Source: Octopus sinensis (Eukaryota). Taken from it: DNA of 27,353 nt. Positions 22,372-27,353 of the stretch are shown piece by piece; the first letter of the stretch is position 1; every line of letters begins with the position of its first letter. The stretch is taken from assembly GCF_006345805.1 (NCBI RefSeq), contig NW_021834056.1, forward strand, positions 1 to 27,353, read 5' to 3'. The notes under the pieces are model-generated. The model was given only the letters and a program-made list of their open reading frames with translations, was not told the origin of the DNA and searched no databases. Position numbers and translations under genes: made by a program.

Positions 22372-22602
22372 ATATTTCTTTACTACCCACAAGGGGCTAA
22401 ACACAGAGGGGACAAACAAGGACAGACAAACGGATAAAGTCGATTATATCGACACCAGTGCGTAACTGGTACTTATCTAATCGACCCCGAAAGGATGAAA
22501 AGCAAAGTCGACCTCGGCGGAATTTGAACTCAAAACGTAACGGCAGACGAAATACCGCTAAGCATTTTGTCTGGCGAGCTAACCATTCTACCAAATCACT
22601 GC
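22372..22602 (-). mobile_element. tRNA-SINE with the same head/core but a different 3' end
   Basis: GACCCCGAAAGGATGAAAAGCAAAGTCGACCTCGGCGGAATTTGAACTC. The 3' portion (CCACAAGGGGCTAAACACAGAGGGGAC) differs from the 15 kb copies. Confidence 0.85.
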
Positions 22603-22628
22603 TTTTTTTTTCAACAAACTAATCATCA

Positions 22629-23000
22629 GGCGTATCTGTGTGGTACGAAGCTTGCTTCCCACTCACATGGTTCCGGGTTCAGTCCCACTACGTGACACCT
22701 TGGGCAAGTGACTTCCACTACAGCCTCGCACCGACCAAATCCTTGCGAGTGGATTTGGCAGACGAAAACTGAACGAAGCCTGTCGTATGTATATGTATGT
22801 ATTTGTGTGTTTGTGTCTGTGTTTGTCCCTCCACCGTCGCTTGACAACCGATGTTGGTGTGTTTATGTCCCCGGAACTTAGTGGTTCGGCAAAAGAGAAC
22901 GATAGAACAAATACCAGGATTACAAAGAATAAAAAGCGGTGCTCCAGCATGGCCACAGTAAAAATGACTGAAACCAGTAAAAGAATACAAAAATAAAAGA
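22629..23000 (+). mobile_element. tRNA-derived SINE with CORE-like segment
   Basis: B-box-like GGTTCAGTCCC, CORE-like CCTTGGGCAAGTGACTT, an internal (TG/TA) tract, and 3' end GCGGTGCTCCAGCATGGCC...GACTGAAACCAGTAAAAG. Confidence 0.8.
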
Positions 23001-23009
23001 AATCTCCAA

Positions 23010-23455
23010 CACTGTCATTTACATCGGAACTACTTTCTCTGTACGCTGACGTAAGTAAACCTCCGCTATCTCTTGCATCGGAACTACTTTTCCCCACTCC
23101 AACTGTCTCTTACTCATAACCACCTTCTTACGACAATGACTGTAATAAACTTAAGCTATTTCTTGCCTCAGAACTACTTTCTCTCAACCGTGACGATAAT
23201 AATCTTCCGCACTCTCTTGCAATGAGGACCTGCTTTCTCTGTAATGCGATAATATTAACTTTCTGCTATCTTTTACCCCAGAACTACTTTCTCTGGACGC
23301 TGACAATAAACTTCAGCTATCTCTTACCTCAGAATTATTTTCTCTCTATAGTGTCAATATTAACTTCCGCTATATCTTACCTCGGAACTACTTTCTCTCG
23401 ACAGAGATAATAATAAACTTCCGCTATCTCTAACATCGGAACTACTTTCACTCGA
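23010..23455. repeat. Diverged ~53-bp tandem minisatellite, 8 units
   Basis: GAACTACTTT-like motif at 23027, 23081, 23171, ~23227, 23281, 23332, 23385 and 23439. Confidence 0.9.
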
Positions 23456-23709
23456 CGGACGATCGTCTTTCAGAAGACGTCTGGCAGAAGGGTTTATAGG
23501 ATTAACTGATTAACAGATTATATATCTGGTCGTACAGATAGAAGACTACAGGGGCTGATGGGGGTGGAGTGATGGGTGGAGTGTGTGTTGGCGGGGGGTG
23601 GCCATGGCGATATATTTTATAGTTTATGTTTTATGGTTTAACTTGTGTCCTGTCAATTTACTGAAAGTGAACCGCACACACAAAAGGCAGAGTCATACAC
23701 ACACACACG

Positions 23710-23775
<66 letters not shown>

Positions 23776-23809
23776 CGTAGGCATGGTTGCATGTTTTGAA
23801 ATACGCTTC

Positions 23810-23857
<48 letters not shown>

Positions 23858-24821
23858 ATATATATATATAGGGTCCATCATCATTATCATCAGCGTTCAT
23901 TTGGGTGCCGCTCTAACACACTTTTTCGACTCTGGTCTTGTTCGCCATTTTTCATTTTTCTTTACTCTATTTCATTCTCTGATTCATTTGCGAGCTGTTT
24001 TGTTCTTGTTTTCTTTTTCTGCCTTTCTTTTCTGTCTTTCTTTTTTTTCTATCTTTCTTTGTCTTTCCTCCTATGTCTCTTTCTTTTTTTCTTTTTCCTT
24101 CATTCTTTCTTTCTTTCTTTCTCTATCTTTGTTTCTTTCTTTTTACTTTTTCTCTTTCTTTCTTTCTTTCTTTCTTTTCACTCTCTTTTCCTTCCTTTTC
24201 TTTCTTCCTTTCTTTTTCTCTTTCTCTCTTCTTTCTTTTCACTCTCTTTTCCTTCCTTTTCTTTCTTCCTTTCTTTTTCTTTCTTTTTCTCTTTTTCTCT
24301 TCTTTCTTTTTCCTCCTTTTTCTTTGTCCTTCCTTTTCTTTCTTCCTTTCTTTTTTTTCTTTCTCTCTTCTTTCTTTTTCCTCCTTTTTTCTTTGTCCTT
24401 CCTTCGTCTTTATTTTTCTTTCTGAATTCCATTCGTTTTCCTTTCCTTTATTTTTCCTTCTTCATTCAAAAACTCCCATTAACATTAATATATATATTTT
24501 TTCCTTTCCCTTCATTTTCATTGTAAAAACTCCGTCTTTTTTTTCCCTTCGCCCTTCTTTCTCTTCTTCCCACCATTCTCATTTTCCTTTTCATTCGGCC
24601 GTTATTCATTCCTACTAAAACTCGTTTGCCATTTCTTTATTGTACTCCGCTTGTTTGTGAGTATCGCATTGAACTCTGGGTAATACGACAAACGCCATTA
24701 ATCTTCTTCCTTATTCAATGAATAACAACGGAGACAGCTTGAAAAACTGAGATGCCAGATAGAAGCCAGCTAGTTTACGGCGTCTCTGTCCGATCGCCTA
24801 TTAGACGATGAATAGGCGACT

Positions 24822-24968
24822 TCCACGCCACCACCAACACCACTACCATCGCAACCACCACCACCACCACCACCACCACCACCACCACCACCAGTACCAG
24901 CACCTCCACCGTCGCCACCGCCACCACCACCTTCTACTTCTTCTTCTTCTCTTCTTCTTGCCTTGTGT

Positions 24969-25026
<58 letters not shown>

Positions 25027-25618
25027 CACCACCACTACCGACACTGCCGCCACCACCGCCGCCGCCAACGCCACTGCCGCCACCGCCGCCACCACCACCG
25101 CCGCCACCGTCACCACCACAACCGTCACCAACAGCACAACCACCAGCGCTACCATCTCCTCCACCACCATCATTATCAATCTCACTGTCACCAGCAAACA
25201 CTACCGCCAACACCACCACCACCACCATCACCACGAAATACCACCACGACCACAATCACCGTCACTACCACAACCATCACCACCACCACCACCACCACCA
25301 TCAAACACAAGCACCACCGTCACCCTTACCTTCAGAACTATTACTATTACCATGGCCACCACCACCACAACCAACAACAACAACAACACCAACATCAACA
25401 ACGACAACAACAATAACATCAACAGGAACATCAGCCACAACAACAACAACACTGCTATTACCCTCACCAGTGTTACTACTACTACCAACTACAACAGCAG
25501 CTACAGCAACAACAACAACAACAACAATAGCGTTATTGTCATAACCACTACTACTATAACGCTGCCACTATCTCGCTCTCTGCCATCATGTGTTGCAATC
25601 AGAAACACCATCGCAAAC

Positions 25619-25674
<56 letters not shown>

Positions 25675-25681
25675 AACAACA
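24822..25681. repeat. Compound trinucleotide low-complexity block (ACC/ACT/GCC/AAC)
   Basis: Successive triplet runs. Homopolymer ORFs in all frames indicate non-coding simple repeats. Confidence 0.9.
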
Positions 25682-25798
25682 AACTTCGTCATTATCAGTC
25701 AGGATCACGTGACGTGTTTATATATTTATGTGTATGTAATTATATATACATACATACATACATATACATATATAAGTATATATATGTGTGTGTGTGTA

Positions 25799-26127
25799 GT
25801 GGAGGAGCAATGGTCCTGTGATTAGTGCAGCGGACCAACGGTCGTAGGATCGCTGTCTCGATTCCCAGACCGGGCGTTGTGAGTGTCTATTGGGCGAAAA
25901 CACCTAAAAGCTCCATGAGGCTCCGGTAGGGTAGGTGGCGAACCCTACTGTATTCTTTCACCATACATTCTTACCTGTATTTCAAAGGACCAGCCTTGTC
26001 ACACTCTGTGTCACGTTGAATCTCCCTGAGAACTACGTTGAGGGTACACGTGTCTGTGGAGTTCTCAGCCACTTGCACGTTAATTTCACGAGCAGGCTGT
26101 TCGTTGTCGTAACCGACGGAGTGCCAC
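25799..26127 (+). mobile_element. tRNA-derived SINE (head shared with 739-1043, body shared with 2945-3218)
   Basis: tRNA-like head GTGGAGGAGCAATGGTCCTGTGATTAG...TCGATTCCC, then CGAAAACACCTAAAAGCTCCATGAGGCTCCG, then TGTATTTCAAAGG...CTCAGCCACTTGCACGTTAATT...CGTAACCGACGGAGTGCC. Confidence 0.8.
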
Positions 26128-27353
26128 ACACATATATATGTGTAAAAACATATACTCACACACACACATAAGCGCGCTTACACACTTATATATCACAAAC
26201 TTCACGCCAACCACGAAACACTATCTATCAACACTCCAACAGCTTTTTGAGCTAAAGCAACAGTATGGTCCCTTGTCTAACTTCCGCACTACTACACAAT
26301 CTAAAATGGCACATTATAAACGACAAAACCCGGCCAATACATGAACAGAGGCAACTCAAGCCAGAGGTGCAAACTACGCGATGACAAACAGTTGCTCTCC
26401 ACTATAGGATACGGAACAAGTTTTGTGAAAAGAGCGTCGGGAGATGGAGAGCGTGAGCGATGGCGAGAGGGATGAGGGAGAACAAAAAAGATGACAAAAT
26501 GTGTACTTACATCAACTTATCTTATTACACTGTGCAAGTAAAAGGCTAAGATGCTGTTTATAGGTATGTAACCACACTCTCAGAATTTTAAGGCGTGGTT
26601 ATATCCTAACACGATCCCTGTCCTGCTAGTAATACAGTAATAATGTCCTCCTAGTCCAACAGTAATAATGTGCAAAAAAATCCGCCATTTTAGTCGCCCT
26701 TGTAGCATCAGTTAAGATAAAGTTTCTAAGAAACAGCCTATATTTTCAAGCACAGAACCAGTGCAAAACCCTAACCCTAACCCTTCATTTTTTCACGCGA
26801 TTAGCATGTAAACATAATTCATGTTGATTACTCGGATATAGTCCCAATTTCGAACTCCGAGTAACAATTCTTTAGTTGATAGATATTTTAGATTATTCAA
26901 CAACTCTATCGATTGATAAGTTACTCATTTTTTGTTGCATGTCACTTCTTGTGTGCGCTCTCTCTCTCTCTCTCTTTCTCTCTCTCACTCCTACACACAG
27001 ACGAAAATACCTGTTGAACAAAGGAGACATTGAATCATTTAAATGATAGAAAGTATTGTGGAAGATGCTATGCAAATGTTACTCAGGTGATTAACAGCCT
27101 GTCATAAAGATATTTGTATGCTTCTATTGCATTATGTTGTTACTGAAACTATGTGCAATGCCATCTACAAGCGGATCTGCTCTGTTTAAATGTATAAATA
27201 TTTCTGATACTCAGTATATTCATACATTCCAGCCTCAGGAATATTGGTTGGTGCTGCAAACCGATCTCCATCAAAACATTCACTGAATTAAAAAAAATAA
27301 AAATAAAAGATAGGTCTGTTAAGATCGGATGACTGAAACACAGGCCCTATGGA

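Noticed and set aside
23010-23455. CRISPR-like repeat/spacer appearance
   Set aside because: The variable parts are only ~15 nt and still homologous to each other, the repeats are diverged, there are no cas genes and the context is eukaryotic.
24662-24679. 18-nt microexon (YRIELW) after a long AG-free pyrimidine tract
   Set aside because: The acceptor is a weak GAG, the donor is mediocre, and AG absence is expected in CT-rich sequence.
24963-25825. Proline- or threonine-rich mucin-like ORFs
   Set aside because: All frames give homopolymers from compound triplet repeats, with no splice signals or unique coding flanks.

Overview
AT-rich, microsatellite-dense eukaryotic non-coding DNA. The repeat landscape suggests a coleoid cephalopod such as Octopus (inference only). 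No intact protein-coding gene is supported. Almost all ORF-track entries are translations of simple repeats. The real coding remnants are dead transposons: a full-length DD34D mariner (6176-7473), a truncated maT/DD37D-like element (11859-12722), a CR1-type LINE 3' end (2273-2850) and an RTE-like RT fossil (~21440-22231). There are also several tRNA-derived SINE families, a non-autonomous Helitron and several minisatellites. The most notable signal is not in the ORF track. Two sequence-unrelated type I hammerhead ribozyme motifs with complete catalytic cores lie on the + strand (12813-12873, GUC site; 19444-19514, AUA site), each in a short unit bounded by microsatellites. Decayed hammerhead-like motifs occur at 11463-11501 and in both arms of a foldback at 19865-20185. 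Three long foldbacks (9317-9581, 19865-20185, 20515-20954) are associated with ribozyme-like part-motifs. Together this points to a retrozyme / Penelope-like (PLE) ribozyme retroelement system with several families. Activity has not been tested.
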